Source of the DNA: Epiperipatus broadwayi
Lineage: Eukaryota; Animalia; Onychophora
Length of the DNA: 64,000 bases
NCBI GenBank assembly: GCA_028023455.1
Contig: JAQFVV010000003.1
Location: forward strand, 27,900,001-27,964,000
Direction of reading: 5' to 3'
The position numbers and the translations under genes were made by a program. Positions 1 through 13,563 of this stretch are shown here, one piece after another; within the stretch, counting starts at the first letter, position 1; the number at the start of each line of letters is the position of its first letter. The notes under the pieces were generated by a model, which was not told the origin of the DNA, searched no databases, and was given only the letters and a program-made list of their open reading frames with translations.

Positions 1-1057
1 GGAAAGGGGAAGCAGCTTGGAACCAACCAACTTCTGCAATTACTCCACCGATCTTACTATATAGATGGAAATTGATTAATAAAATTAATGTTTTTTTTAT
101 TATGTGAAGAGATTAAAATATGTTGGATAAGAAAGATTTTACTATATACAAAGTTAATACATCAAGAATTTATTTCCATATATTTGTATAAGAAACGAAA
201 CATGCCTAGAGATTTTATACAGGTAATAATTATAATAAATAGGAAAAGAGAATAGGTGAGATGTTTAGAGAAAAAGAACTGGATTATGAAAAATGAAATT
301 ATAGTTATATAAGAAGAAATAATACATAAAATATGGAAGAATATATAATAGTACAAGGAGCTTACTGTTAATTAACAATAGGATAAGAAGGGTTTTGAAT
401 ATTAGATGAATGAGGAAAAATAGCTTACGAATTTAAATTGTAGATGAGATATATGTGAATATAGAACATTTATTTTTGGAGTATAGAAAAGTAAAAAAAT
501 CTAACCTCCTAAAATACATTTAATAAAAAGATCAAAATTATTAAATTTATTTAATTTTTCTAATTTATTCTTTGCCACTACAAATAATCAGCAACAACAT
601 GTCAAACAACTTTAAATATACTGTACACAAATAATAATTTTCTCATAATTGATATAAACCCAAAAAATTAAAAGAGAAACAATATAACATTGTCCATTCG
701 TTTTCAAACTTATAAAACTTACTATTGTAAGTAAAATACATAGAATTCTTCTACAACAAAAGCAAATGTTTAATAACTTTAATTTTATTTCTAGACAAAA
801 ATGCATTATTAACTAACAAGATTAGATCCATATTTTCACTATCTAAACCAGGGATACTCAAACTTTCTCTTTCCTGGGCTACATATATTTGTGTGCTACA
901 TCAAGCAGGCCACAGCAACCAATTGGTGTCACATAAAAAAATGTCTGACTTCTCAATTCATGCATGCCACAGCTTGTGGATCACTTTACTATATCTTAGA
1001 ATTAACATGTTAATAAAATGCAACATATTTTACTTGATATAAACATTTATTTAAATA

Positions 1058-2898
1058 TCAGTGTGATTTTTGATATTGAGATAAACTTTTAACAATTTTA
1101 GATAAATCCGTTTTGTATGTGCTACATGCTACTCTTAATATATATATCATCAAGGTGTAAATCAGTAAATGTGTTTCTATGCACATTTTTCACGTTGCAT
1201 TTTCAAATAAGATGATTCACAAAGATATATTGATGCAAACAATGTGAACAACATTTGTGCACACTTTTTGACAATTTTATATTTTTCAGGCACCAATTTC
1301 CAAAATTCCATATACTCCTTTCCCTCCAAATGGCTTCCAAATTTGTGTCATTTTTAAATTCAACAATTTCGTTAAATAATTTAACATAATAATGTCCAAA
1401 TGCAGCTAATTGTGTGATAGTTGCTATTTCTAAGTGCCAGGGATTTTCTATAAACAAAAGACTATTCTTAATATTTCTTAAATCTTGAAATCTACTTTTA
1501 AATTCTTTTAATAAGGTACCTGAATAATTTAAAATAATTACATAGGTTTCTGAAGAAATGTCAATACCATCTTACTTAGCATTTGTCAATGTTGGAAAAT
1601 GGTGTAGTATTTGGTTTTATATATCTTGGTAATAAATATTTAGTTTTTCTTCAAAATCAAATACTTTATTTGTCATTTGTGAAATAATTTTATTTTTTAC
1701 CTTGCAAACTAATATTAAAATCACAAAGTTTTTCTGTGATGTCACATAAAAAAGCTAAGACACCACCATCCATCACTGTCAAGCTCATTATAAGTTTTGT
1801 TTTCTTATAAAAATGAAATAATTTCATGACATAATAAAAAAAAAAGTGATTCAAAACTTTACCTCTGCTTAGCCATTGCACCAAAGTATGCAAAAGTACA
1901 TCACCATAATTACTATTTATTTCTTCCAAAAGATTTTCAAATTTTCTGTTTTAATTCTCTGGCTCGAATATAATTCACAATGTTTATGACAGTTTTCATT
2001 ACAGCATCTACTTCTTTAATGGATATATGTGCCCCCAAGTTTTCTTGGTGAATTAAACAATGAAATGATAAAAGATTTGTTTTTTCTTTTTTAATAGGGA
2101 AACAAATCCCTTTTCAGATCCAATCATTGAAGGACATCCATCAGTGCACACAGAAACCAATTTTTTTATTTCAATATTATTCTTTCTCCAGAAAAGTACA
2201 AATACTAATGAGAAAATCACTATCTCTAGTTTGATTCTTCATAAGAAGAAATTTCAAAAAATCTTCGCAAATTGAATTCTGTTCAATGAAAATAGCACAT
2301 TGTGATGTTGCTGAAATGTCAGTACTAGAATCAACAGCCAAACTAAAATATTTGCAGTTTTTCAAATCTTCTATTATATTATCAAAAATGTTTTGTAATA
2401 TCTTCAATACGTCTAATACAGGTAGAATATGACAGTTGTAATTTCTTAATTTGTAATAATATTTGACTTTTATTATTAAATTTATCAAATAATATATTTG
2501 AAGCATTTAGGAAACATTCTTTCACAACTTCAGCATCTGTAAATGGTTTCATATTTTTGCCAAGTATATAACAAATTTCGTATGATGCTCGTGTCACCAT
2601 TGCTTCTTGTGAGATTGCTACTGACATAACATTTTGTTGTTGTTGCAATGATTTCTTGAAGAAACTTAATTTTTCACTTGTTATTAAAGATCCATGAGCA
2701 AAAGTGTCATTAAACAATTTATGTTTCATGGTATAATGACGATCAAATGTTCTATTGTTTTAATGTGACACTTTCTCGACAAATCAAACACATTATTGAA
2801 CTTTTGTTATTCAACACAACCAAATATTCCTCTTCCCAGTTGTCTTGAAACATTCTATTTTCATCTGATAATTTTCGGTTGTTGTTTGAAGACATCAT
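1058..2898 (-). pseudogene. hAT transposase pseudogene (GTF2IRD2/ZBED-like Buster clade)
   Basis: Hand translation gives an N-terminus MMSSNNNRKLSDENRMFQDNWEEEYL...CLIC, then KPFTDAEVVKECF, YFSLAVDSSTDIS, and a C-terminus ...SQYQKSH*. Multiple stops and frameshifts; ORF-track pieces 2382-2729, 2177-2506, 1690-1929 and 1203-1457. Confidence 0.88.
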
Positions 2899-3572
2899 TA
2901 TGATGTTTAAATTATAGTTTGATATAAAATATTACGCGTCTATGTGTATTCTAATTGATGTATAAAACTAAAATGTTTCATTTTGCTTTCAAAACACGGA
3001 CTATTGATTGAATTAAAGTTTCAAACTTTTGATTGGTCAATTATACAATCTGCAGTAAATATATTTGTCTTTTTAAAATTATATTTGTTTTAGTATTGTA
3101 TCTAAAATGGAAATTTATAATTTGTCTGATTACAGAAAGGTTTTTAAAAAATAAATTTCTATTTATAATTGATGATAATAATCTAACACTCTCAAAATAT
3201 AATAAATGCTTACCATCCAATTATAAATTCCAGAAGTAATTCATTGAATTACTTATCAATATGTTTTAGTATAAAAGTAAATTTTTTGACTAAAATCTGA
3301 GAAACAAACAAGTGGGGTAAAAAAAAAAAAAAAAAGCTTAGTAAATTATGTTTTCATTTTCAAATTCAAAATGTAGAAATACAACTGTCGAAGTCATGTT
3401 GACGTTCCCTTGTGGAGAAAAAAACAATCAGAAGCTTGAAAAGATGGATTTACATTATTATTATACCATTAAATTTAAATATTTACTGATTTTTTTTCTT
3501 ACAAAAAAAATACTGAAGGTGCTAAAATCAGCAAAATAATGCTAAAGATAGTGGGTTGAGAGTGAGTACAAG

Positions 3573-3627
3573 TCATATATGAAGATACTCAGGCATTTCT
3601 GGTACAGATTTGGCAGGTTCTTCAGAT
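3573..3627 (-). other. Candidate terminal exon (strong 3' splice site plus short coding-like tail SEEPAKSVPEMPEYLHI*)
   Basis: Minus strand reads CACTAAT (branch-like), ~18 T, AATTTCACAG|ATCTGAAG. One frame gives 17 codons then TGA. No upstream partner exon identified. Confidence 0.25.
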
Positions 3628-5279
3628 CTGTGAAATTAAAAAAAAAAAAAAAAACATAACATTATTAGTGCATCAATAAAAAATATCAATCGCACATGGT
3701 TATTCGTTAATTAAGAATGTTGTAACATCTGTCGACCATCAGTCTATTGCTGGGCCACACATAAAAGCTTGGCGGGTTACATGAGGCCCAGGAGTCGCAG
3801 GTTGAGTATCGCTGATCTAAACTATCATATAGATAATTCTTTTCCATTTTAAAATTATTAATTGCATCAAAAGCCCCAAAAAAAGATGAAGTGATGTAAT
3901 TACCAAAATTTACAAATATTTCTAGATTTCTGAATAATTTTTTAAAAGAATTTGTCAATTTTAATAATTAATTATACTGTGTCATTCTTTTTTTGAGATT
4001 TTTGAAAAGATTAATAATTTTGGAATTGACAATAATCAAATGTATAATAGTTTAAATATAGAAAATATGGGTAAACATTTAATAGACACTGACGGACATT
4101 TATTGATATTTGTGGAGCCATGGAATTACTACTTAAAGTAATAAGTGATAAATGGAAATATGAATCAGTTGTAACAATACAAATTTACTTGTAAGAAGCA
4201 ATAGTAATATAAAACTTGTATAGGTTTAATAAATGAGTATTAGATTTTAGTTCTCCCCTTAAACAACATTTATGTAATTAGTGATGTTTCATTTTTTTTT
4301 AAAAAAAAACAACCTCCAAATACTTTGTTGTTGAAATTTAAATGATAAAAGTTAAATCAGGAGCAGCCTTTCTGTTAAACTGTTTTTCATTTGTACTTGT
4401 GACCTGTAAGGCTGGGAGAAAAAAACCTGCTGAAATTTTGTTTATTAAAGTAGGGGAAGGAAACAAATCTATTATTCATTCATTAAAATTGCAAATTTTA
4501 TATTAATATTGTTTTGTACAAGTAAATTTATACAACTGATTCTTTTTTTTTTTTCATTTGTCATTTGATATTTTTAATAGTACCATGGCTTCTCCAAGTG
4601 CCAAAGAATGTCCCTTAGTACCTACCAAATAATTATCAAAAATATGATTCAATTTGTTAATATATTTAGCAATATTGAGGTTCTTATATCTGTTAGTTAA
4701 TAATGAATTTTTATTTAAAAATGATATTAAAGCTATTAAACATTTGTTGTATTCTATGTATTTTACTTACAATAGTAAGTTTTTATAAGTTTAAAGAACA
4801 ATGGAAAGTAGATATTATTTTTCCTTCAATTTGTTTGGATTATATTACTTGGAAGAGAAATTATTAATTATAATTGTGTATATTTAAAATTGTTTGTTAG
4901 ATATGATGATGATTGTATATAGCGGAAAAGGATAAATTAGAATTATTAAATAAATTTAAGGTACTTTGGTATTAGTCCTGTTACGATGTATTACTCTGAT
5001 GACATTTTCATCTGGTAATATTTATTCAAAGTTTAAGTTAATGATGTCATGACAACTGAAATACTGGCATGACTAACTCATGTCAATGATGAAGGTATGT
5101 GCATGGTGACCTAAAAGATTAAAAAACTTGTTGCCTGTGAGATTTTGCACTATCACCAGTCTTTTGTGCTGTCATATCGTGCTAACACCAATTAGTTTCA
5201 CTGAGACTTTTCAAACTTTTTCATTTGATGATTTTAGCAATTTTGTAATTTCAGTCATTTATAAAAATGTGGGAATTAT

Positions 5280-5990
5280 CTGCTTCAGAAGAGGATGCGA
5301 TCAATTTCTTTCAGAAATATTGACTTTTGCCAGCAAAAAAATTGTGTTACAATGGCCGTGATATAAACATGTATATCCATTCTTCTGACAAACAATAGTT
5401 ACTCTACAAATTGCCTCAAAAAATAGCCATTTGAAAGGGAACTTGGTTTGAGGGCTCAAATTAAGTTCATAATTGTGCTACACTTCATATATAGTCACAA
5501 TTGATGTTTGTCAAATGGTGTGATCATCTGGGAATGGCCACTAAAACTGTAGTTGATTGGAACAACTACCTATGTAAAGTGTGCATGTAGAGTGATTGGA
5601 GATTCAGAGAAAATAGTTGTCTGATGAAAACCTCTCTATGCAACATAAAAACTAAGTCAACAGTGGATATTTTGTGGAATTTGTAAGATGGGAAAATGTT
5701 TTATAATTAAAATTAAAGACAACTACAATCACTCTCATGCAAGCCATCAAAGAAAATGTGGGTCTACAATTTATAGATTGCTGGAAAGCTTACAAAAGAG
5801 GAATTGAGATACCAGTTATGAACACTTTGTAATTAATCACACATATTATTTCATTGACCCCTTGACTGGTGGGTGCACAATATATTGAAAGGTTATAGGG
5901 TTACATCTGGATTCATATTTGACTGAATTCATGCGGAGACAAATATATAAACTTTCCATTCTATAACACATTGCACAATTCAGTCCACCA
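5280..5990 (+). pseudogene. Merlin (IS1595/ISXO2-like DDE) transposase relic
   Basis: Degenerate translation: KGTWFEGS, TVVDWNNYLCKVC, QWIFCGIC, LMQAIKENVG, DCWKAY, INHTYYFIDPLTG, IER. No TIRs recognised. Confidence 0.7.
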
Positions 5991-7683
5991 CTGTGACTCA
6001 TGTCATTTGTAATTTTTTTTTTTACAGAAATATTTTTTTTATATATAAATAAATAAACAAACTCCTTTTAAAAACTTGCTTTTTATATGACTATAATCAT
6101 CGATAAAAAATCCGTTTCTATTTTATATAGTCTTTTCAAGGCATACTAATATATATTAAATTTATCTGCACATTACTAGGAGATGTTATCTTAAAGATTC
6201 CAAATTTAAGATTAATACATCATAGCAAGATTAAGAAAAATTTGGTTCTGAGGCAATTAACTTATTTAAAAGTTTTTAATATTAAGTGTGTGGGATGTAC
6301 ATGGAATTGTGGGTAATGTTTAATGTAAATAGTACTTAAGTATTATTCAGGACACTAAGAATGATTATGGATAACTCTGGCTATAAATTATTCATCAATG
6401 AAATAAATGATTTAAATTGTTTCCACAAATTATAAAAGACTTTAAAGAAAATTCCTGACAAATCAACAAGAATGTTTTCATTATATTTTATGGCACTTCA
6501 TGCAGTCAAAATCATCCTGCTCCACCCATATATGGTACTTCATAAACATCCAGCACATGTAATAATAAACTTCAAATCTAAAAAAAAAAAAATTTCCGAT
6601 GATGGAAGTGTATTCATTAAACTTAAAATTTGAATCACTTATCTGATTAATAATTTATATCCAGAATCAATCTGTGTCCAGACTAATATTTAAGTATCGT
6701 ATAAATTTATCTTTTAATCCTTCATACTTGTCTGCTTGCAGCAGTGAAACCATTTTAGAGTTTACTTTCTTTGATTAGTTGTGAATTTGGGGTTTGATAA
6801 ATAGAAATGTGAACGAGTAAATAACATTGTTTAATTATGGTAGTATTTTTGCATACTGTGCTATGTAAGAGAAATATTGCATCAAATTAAAAAAAAAAAT
6901 AGAATGATGTATCCAAAATATTAGATTAAACATTGTAGTTGACTTTCTGGCAATTAGTATCATTATTCCTGAAATTATATCAATTTAAAATCCTAGCAGT
7001 GTTAGTTGATTCAACTTACCTCTTGTTTGTAACTGTATTTAATAAGTACATCATGATATTTACTGTTTTATTTTATACAAAAGATATTTTCTTAGGTCAT
7101 TATTTTAGAGTATAAGACTAAATCTTCACATCAGTAAATCTCCAGAATCTATTACTGAGCTATATTTAAAAGCTCGTTTAATTTTATTAACAAAATGGTA
7201 TGATTATTTATTTTCTTAATAATTTCAACACAAATTAAAGCTACTCTAAAAATCAAAGAATGCCAAAGTGATTGATTTTTAAAAAATATTTCCAAGGACT
7301 TTGGAAAGTGACGAGGATTTTGGATAAAGCATAAAACATGTAGGATATCAAAAAAATCAGGAAACATGATCTTTAATTAAATTTTAAAGATACAATATTT
7401 GAAGAAACTTGTTTCTTGTATCCATTTCTCCCCTCACTTTTTCTCACATTCAGTCTCCACTTTTTGTCACATAAATCCAGTCCAAACACCGTAAATCTTT
7501 CTTGCATCAACTGTGCCACAATAATCATAACTAATCTTTTTTTTTCTTCTAAATTTAAATAAATGAGAATAAATGTATAATTTTGTGTTCTTTTCCCCCC
7601 TGGTATTAGAATAATATCCATATAAAAATAATTATAAATATGAATAATGTCTTAAAGTGCAGAGAATAGATAAAACCCAATTT

Positions 7684-8897
7684 GATAATTATAACATAGT
7701 TGGGCATGGCCACTTGATGGCATTGTTGGCAGTCACATACAATGTACGGTTTTCGGGGCACGCGATTTTTAAATTGTTAATGTTTTTTTTTGGTTATTAA
7801 TTTATTGATTGCTATAACTTTTTTTTCCTGCCTTTTTATAAAAAAGTTGTTTAATTTTAATTTTGTATTTAGTAAACAACAACTTTTTTATTTTTAAATC
7901 GCTGTTTTTTGACAAGTTATCATCATTCCCCTTTTTTATTATTGATTGCTATAACTTTTTTTGCCTGTCTTTTTTAAAAATGCTTAATTTTGTCTTTAGA
8001 AAACAACCTTTTGATTTTTTAAACATAAATTTAAACTTTTTTGGGGGGAGGGGTGGGTGTAGGGGATCGATTCATTGATTGCTGTTATTCTGCGATGCCT
8101 TTTGCTTAATTATTGCTTTCTACATAACAAAAAAACTGTGTAGTTTTCAAAGAAATAAAAGGTTTTTTTTTTTTCACCCTTGCTTTTTATTTATTAATTT
8201 GTATCAAATGGAAAGGTTTTGGGCCCACAATTTTGTCTCAACCAAAACAAACTTCCCCAAATCAATGTAATATTATTTACAAACAATAACCAAAAACAAA
8301 ACAAAAAAATACGTCAACTGATCAAATGGCTTTTTTTTTTTTTGGACAGCAGAAACAATCTACAGTCCAAATTAGTGGTATTTTGTGATGTTGCAAATAC
8401 GACACATACTCGGCTTCTGTTGTCGGCAACTGCGAAAAAGTTGTGTTCAGCAGCCATTTTATGAACGTGTTATTTCACGTGAAAATGAGATTTCTCACAC
8501 GAACTCGGCCAAATTCATTTTTACGTACCCTTGGCAAGATTTTACACCTTACACATTCTCTAAACAAGGGTGTGGGCATTTGGAAAATTACTATAAAGTC
8601 AGGTTTCTTAAATTAATTATAAATACAAAGATTGTGTAACATATATTGTAAAAATTTTACTAATCAAAGTACACACACATATATATCAAACTGTACACAA
8701 AGGATAAGTGTGTGGATTCACAGTAACTGTCACGAAGCAGAAATAGGCCGTATTATTTCTGTTACGTCATCATCAACGGCCTTCTAATGACTAAGACAAA
8801 CATAGCTGTAAGTCAGGCCTCGTAAATGGCGTTTATTAGGTGTTTTGGCGAGCCAGAATGCCATCAAGCGGACACGCCCGACTACATTATAATTACT
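7684..8897. mobile_element. Non-autonomous Merlin-type MITE (~1.2 kb)
   Basis: Imperfect ~45-bp TIRs GATAATTATAACATAGTTGGGCATGGCCACTTGATGGCATT and rc AGTAATTATAATGTAGTCGGGCGTGTCCGCTTGATGGCATT; T-rich internal subrepeats. No TSD recovered. Merlin assignment rests on the shared end motif. Confidence 0.68.
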
Positions 8898-11303
8898 CTT
8901 TGATCATAATTTGATTTATATTTTTCAAATTTTAATTTCATTACATGACTGTCACAATCTCTATAGATTATTTGTTCACCAATATTTGTATATTTTTGAG
9001 AAAATGGTTTAATTCTTAACAAGAATAAACAAATGTTAATTATAAAATCTTAGTTTAAAATGTTTGCTACATAACAGCGGAGTACTTGATAATTTCGAGG
9101 TTTTGAATGTTTATTATCCTTATTTCATCTTCTAGGTAAGTTAAATACAATTTACTAATCAATATTGGATGTTTAACTGGATTAAGGCAGCTACCTAAAT
9201 TTTTTTTACACCTATTAAAAAAAATTCCAAGTCTATTTAGCCAAAATTCAACTGAGATTTTTCAGTCTTAAAAAATTATTGAAGCCCAGATCTAAATTTA
9301 TTCAATTTTTGTGTAAGTAGGACCAGATGTGACACATATTTTTCATACTTTACAATACCACTTAATTTTTCCATTACTTGTAGTTATTAAATGACAAGAT
9401 CTTTACTGGGAGCGTACATTAATGTGTCCATTCAACTGGGTGACTATTTTAATCGATTGTTTATTATGCAGTTTCATTAATAATAAAAAAAAGCATTACA
9501 CTCTACTAAGTACTTCACAGATTCACCTGCCAGACCTAAGATTTTGGGATTCAATTCAGTCCAAGCATCTAAAGATTTTTTTTCAGGTCGTAAGCAAGAT
9601 TAGGAATTTCCATGCAAGTAACTGGCCCATACCCAATCTTGTCAACCATTTAGTACTGATCATGAAATGAGATTGTGCAAAGTTAAACTTGACTTGGTCA
9701 CATATATTTTTAATAAACATTATTACTAAATCATTGTACTATGATGCAGTTTGGTGAGGAAAGTATATGCCCAGGGTTTATCTTTTTGTTGATGGTTTAA
9801 TTTATAAGCACTATTCATATTACAGCAATTGCTTTTATATTTCAAATGAATAAAATATTTACATATTTTAAACATCTTTAATTAGCATTAAGAATTGTTT
9901 CAAATTCTCTGGCCTGATTTAATAAAAGGTTTGCCAACTGAAATCACATCAAATATTTGAAAGAAATGTTAACATCATTATGGATTTCCTCATGATTAAA
10001 AATATTAATAATTGCATGGTCTTGTTTATTATTATTATTATTTAAAAAGTATTCATATATATAATGCCCTGCAATAGTGAAATCTAATGATAGAATAGTG
10101 GACTTTATGAATGTTAATTTTTTAAAATTTTAGTTTCAAAGCACTTGATTAAGTTTTAACTTTTTATTTTCAAAGTAGAAAATAATTAGGTGTAACATTA
10201 CTAAAGGACAAAACTTTTTTGTCATTGAAAACTAAATAATCTATTTCAGAAGTCAATAATGCAATTTAAACATTTATAAAAATTTAGTCAAGTAATTTAA
10301 TACAATGGTGTATACTAAATAATGCCAACACAAAAGTTATCTCATAAACAACCAATTGCAATCTAACTGCAGCAGAAACAAATAATTTTGTAGTTAATAG
10401 AAAAAAACATTTCAATCTGCATCATTCTTCAAAAAAAAAATTATATGGATGTGGAAAATGAGGAATTACCATCGTCAAATACGATTTATTGTCAGAAAAC
10501 CAGCTGTAAAAAAATATTTACATATTTGGATTCATAATTTGGTTGTAAATGTCTAAATATTACAACAAATAATTCAACTGGATGAAAAAGTTGTAATTCT
10601 GTTAAATGGGTCCAAAATACCTAAAAACAGAACAAGAAAAGATGTGAAATACACAAGTAGGATAGGAAATTTAATCTCTGCAAAAATATGGGTAAATATA
10701 TGTTAATGTCATCAGAAATGTAAAGAAAAAGATAATTTTGATATAACAGAAATAGCCATAAAGACATTTGATAATTTAGGAAGTCAATTTGAACAAAACA
10801 TTTTTAGAAAAAATTGTATTAAAGAAATAAAGGTGTTGAAGGATAACAGTAAAACCGCAAGATGATGTTCTTTCACGATTATTTTTTGAAAAAGCAACAA
10901 AACATTTTGGTCTGCAAAAATTATTTTAAAGATACATCAGATAAAGGAACACAAATATGACAGCTCTTGTAAAGAACAAGATTTGTCTTTGATAATCATG
11001 GTTGATATTTTCTAGTGATATATATGTTATAAAACATACTCATTTTCTACTTATATGGTCACTGCACAAAAGTTCAGGAAATTCATGATGAAAATATTTA
11101 AATCTGGACTTAAATAATAAGAAAATGTATGAACTGTACATTGTACAATGTGAAGCAGAAAATATAGTATCAGTCAAAAAAAAAAATTATAAGATATTTT
11201 TCACTAAATTTTACATTTTAAGCAATCATATTAAAGATACATTATGAACTTATGATTCTTTAGAAATAAAAATTCAGTCTTTGAATAGTGAAGGAATTTA
11301 GAT

Positions 11304-12507
11304 CAGTGGTCTTCAACCTTTTCACACCTGCAGCCCGGCAAAAATAAGGATAAGATTTCGCGGACCGGCAGTTTACAGATAAATTTTCGAAAAGATGTAA
11401 CCTGCTTAACCTTAGATAACTGACCAAAACAGCACACTAGTTATAGTGTATTGTAATGGTGCTGCTTACCTTCACATGCTGAACACAGAAAACAGTACAA
11501 TATCAATCATTCTCATTAATGTGCTTGCATTTCTATGTTTATTATTTCATTGTTAAAACATTCAAGAATAAAATGTTATTCACCTGAATGTTGGGAAATA
11601 TCATAGCTAGTGTAATTACATGGCAATGATTATGATAAATGTAATATCTGTATTTAATGTTAAATATAAAAGATGGTTATATATATATGGAGCTTGTCTT
11701 TTGATAGTAGTAAGGGCAAAATAGAAATTGCATAATTAATCACTGTACAGTCCCAAAAAAATTCACCGTATTTTAAATCTGAAAAAATAAAACGAAACGT
11801 GTAAAAGTCTGAAGTTTTGATGTTATTGTATTTTTTTTTTTTTTTTTGTGCTGGTGTGTTGAAATGATCAAAAAATGTAATTAATAGGAAAAGTTTTTTT
11901 AAAAAAATGGTAAAATAGATATCGCGTAATAGAAATAAAGCCAAAAAAATCGCAAAGTTATTTTTTGTTTGTTTTTATTTTTAAAAAAAGGTTAACAGAA
12001 ATTGGTTTTAAAAATAAAAGTTTTAGTATATTAGCAGTATACAAATAAAACCAAAAAATATCGCCTTATAGGCCAAAAAAAAAGGTGGGCGTATTTTTAA
12101 ACAAAAAAAAAAAAAAAGAAACTTGAAAAAGTCAAGTTTTGATCTTGTTTTAACACATAAACAATGCCGACAAGTGACCGTGACTAGCTATCAAAAGACA
12201 ACTGGAGTTTGTTTAATAAAAAACTTTTTTTTTTAATTTTTTTTAGAAAAATAATAAATTTAATTCTCTCTCTCCATAAACATGTGATAAATAGAAAAAC
12301 AAATTAATTTATGTATGATTGATTAGATTTTGTTTTTGTTCCATTTCTTATTTTTTTAACAGGGTAAAAATGCAATGAAAAAATAAAAAAAAACTGTTTA
12401 TATTAATTACAAGTTTAAAATCTTATTATTTTGTTATTACGAACTTTCTTGCCAGTCTAGCACGACCCGGCAGAAAACTTCTGCGGTCCGGTGGTTGAAG
12501 ACCACTG
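11304..12507. mobile_element. hAT MITE (1204 bp)
   Basis: Perfect 15-bp TIR CAGTGGTCTTCAACC / GGTTGAAGACCACTG; 8-bp TSD ATTTAGAT / ACTTAGAT (7/8). Confidence 0.88.
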
Positions 12508-13106
12508 ACTTAGATCACAAAACTTGAAATGAATATTTACAGAAAGCTGAACAGGTTTGTATTCATGATTGCAATTAAAATGGCAGCATCCAAAAAATTT
12601 TTGTATTTAGACTTCAAAAAGTTTTAGCCTTTCCTAAACTAAATATTTTAGTCGATTATACATAAAATTATGTTTATTACTTAGTTGCCAGGATATCAAC
12701 AAAATATAAGCCATGTGTGTTTGGTCAGAAAATGAAGGATCTCGAAAAAATTTTATTATGCCTAATAAAGTATTAGATTCATTCTTTGGAGAAAATAGAA
12801 ATATCAAATCTACTGAAATTAGTTCAAAATATAAAAAATAAGAGCTAGGCTAATTGAAATAAAAATTTTGATAAGTGGACATACTTATTTGCCTGATTCA
12901 AATTTGGACATTGTCAAATGACATGCAAAAAAAATGAGAACATTTTTTCACCAGATAAATTGGTATAAAATATATATAATTTCATGTAGTTTAAATGATT
13001 CATGAGGATTTTTTTTTAAAAAAAAAACCATTACAAAATTCAATCATTAATAGAAAAGTTATAGTACTACCAGTTATATATAGAGTTTGCAAAAACAAAC
13101 TCTTAA

Positions 13107-13135
13107 GTTTCTGCATCTAGCATCGTCAGTGAGGT
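13107..13135 (-). ncRNA. Truncated hammerhead module (core and stem II present, stem III and cleavage site deleted)
   Basis: rc reads ACCTCA CTGACGA TGC TAGAT GCA GAAAC, then jumps to downstream unit sequence. Confidence 0.55.
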
Positions 13136-13458
13136 GTTAGGGATTAAAAATATTAGAACTAGCCTAGCACTTTATTTAATGCCTAACTATTGAGAAGAAA
13201 ATCTGAAACTTTCAGACATTCAAATGTCCAAAAATCCAGCTAACTCACTCAAATAGCCGCATGGGACTGAACTAAGTTCAGATACATCATATATTAATAG
13301 CTCTAGCAATATAAAATCACCAAAGCTTTAATAGCAAAAACTAAAATTAAATTGATAAAAAAATCAAGTCGGACGACCTAATTTTAATAAAGCTCGTATT
13401 TACAAACGTTATATATAGAGTTCACAAAAACTCTTAACTAGCTTTAAAAATACCCTCA

Positions 13459-13487
13459 ACCCCAGACTGCGGTTTCGTCAGTGAGGT
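13459..13487 (-). ncRNA. Internally deleted hammerhead module (stem II lost)
   Basis: rc reads ACCTCA CTGAC GAAA CCGCA GTC TGGGGT; collapse through GA microhomology. Confidence 0.5.
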
Positions 13488-13510
13488 GTTAGGGATTAAA
13501 AATACCCTCA

Positions 13511-13547
13511 CCCCCAGACCGCGGTTTCTGCATCTAGCATCATCAGT
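13511..13547 (-). ncRNA. Minimal type I hammerhead ribozyme motif: intact core, palindromic stem III, stem I 5' strand cut by the inversion junction
   Basis: rc reads A CTGATGA TGC TAGAT GCA GAAA CCGCG GTC TGGGGG; ACCGCGGT is a perfect palindrome; predicted GUC cleavage between 13517 and 13516. Confidence 0.68.
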
Positions 13548-13563
13548 ATTTTTAATCCCTAAC

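Larger units (their letters stand above)
849..3814 (-). mobile_element. Full-length decayed hAT DNA transposon (Buster/SPIN/Charlie-like), 2966 bp
   Basis: TIRs CAGGGATACTCAAAC (849-863) and rc CAGCGATACTCAACC (3800-3814) match 13/15. Identical 8-bp TSD ATCTAAAC at 841-848 and 3815-3822. Internal transposase relic. Confidence 0.88.

Noticed and set aside
4340-4405. Possible minus-strand terminal exon VTSTNEKQFNRKAAPDLTFII*
   Set aside because: The acceptor is plausible, but there is no homology, no partner exon, and such a short frame is expected by chance.
4996-5002. CTGATGA heptamers here and at 5621-5627 as additional hammerheads
   Set aside because: No stem II hairpin followed by GAAA and a stem III/NUH; the 5621 copy is simply the DE codons of the Merlin relic.
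6480-6587. Poly-T acceptor at 6588 followed by a 31-codon open frame
   Set aside because: The peptide is not recognisable and no donor or partner was found; poly-A/T runs are ubiquitous in this window.
7014-7060. Strong minus-strand donor AG|GTAAGT that could splice to the 3627 acceptor
   Set aside because: There is an in-frame stop just upstream and no acceptor; the join would yield only a 29-aa peptide with no support.
11746-11775. Tc1/mariner-like end TA|CAGTCCCAAAAAAATTCACCG inside the hAT MITE
   Set aside because: No matching opposite TIR could be found.
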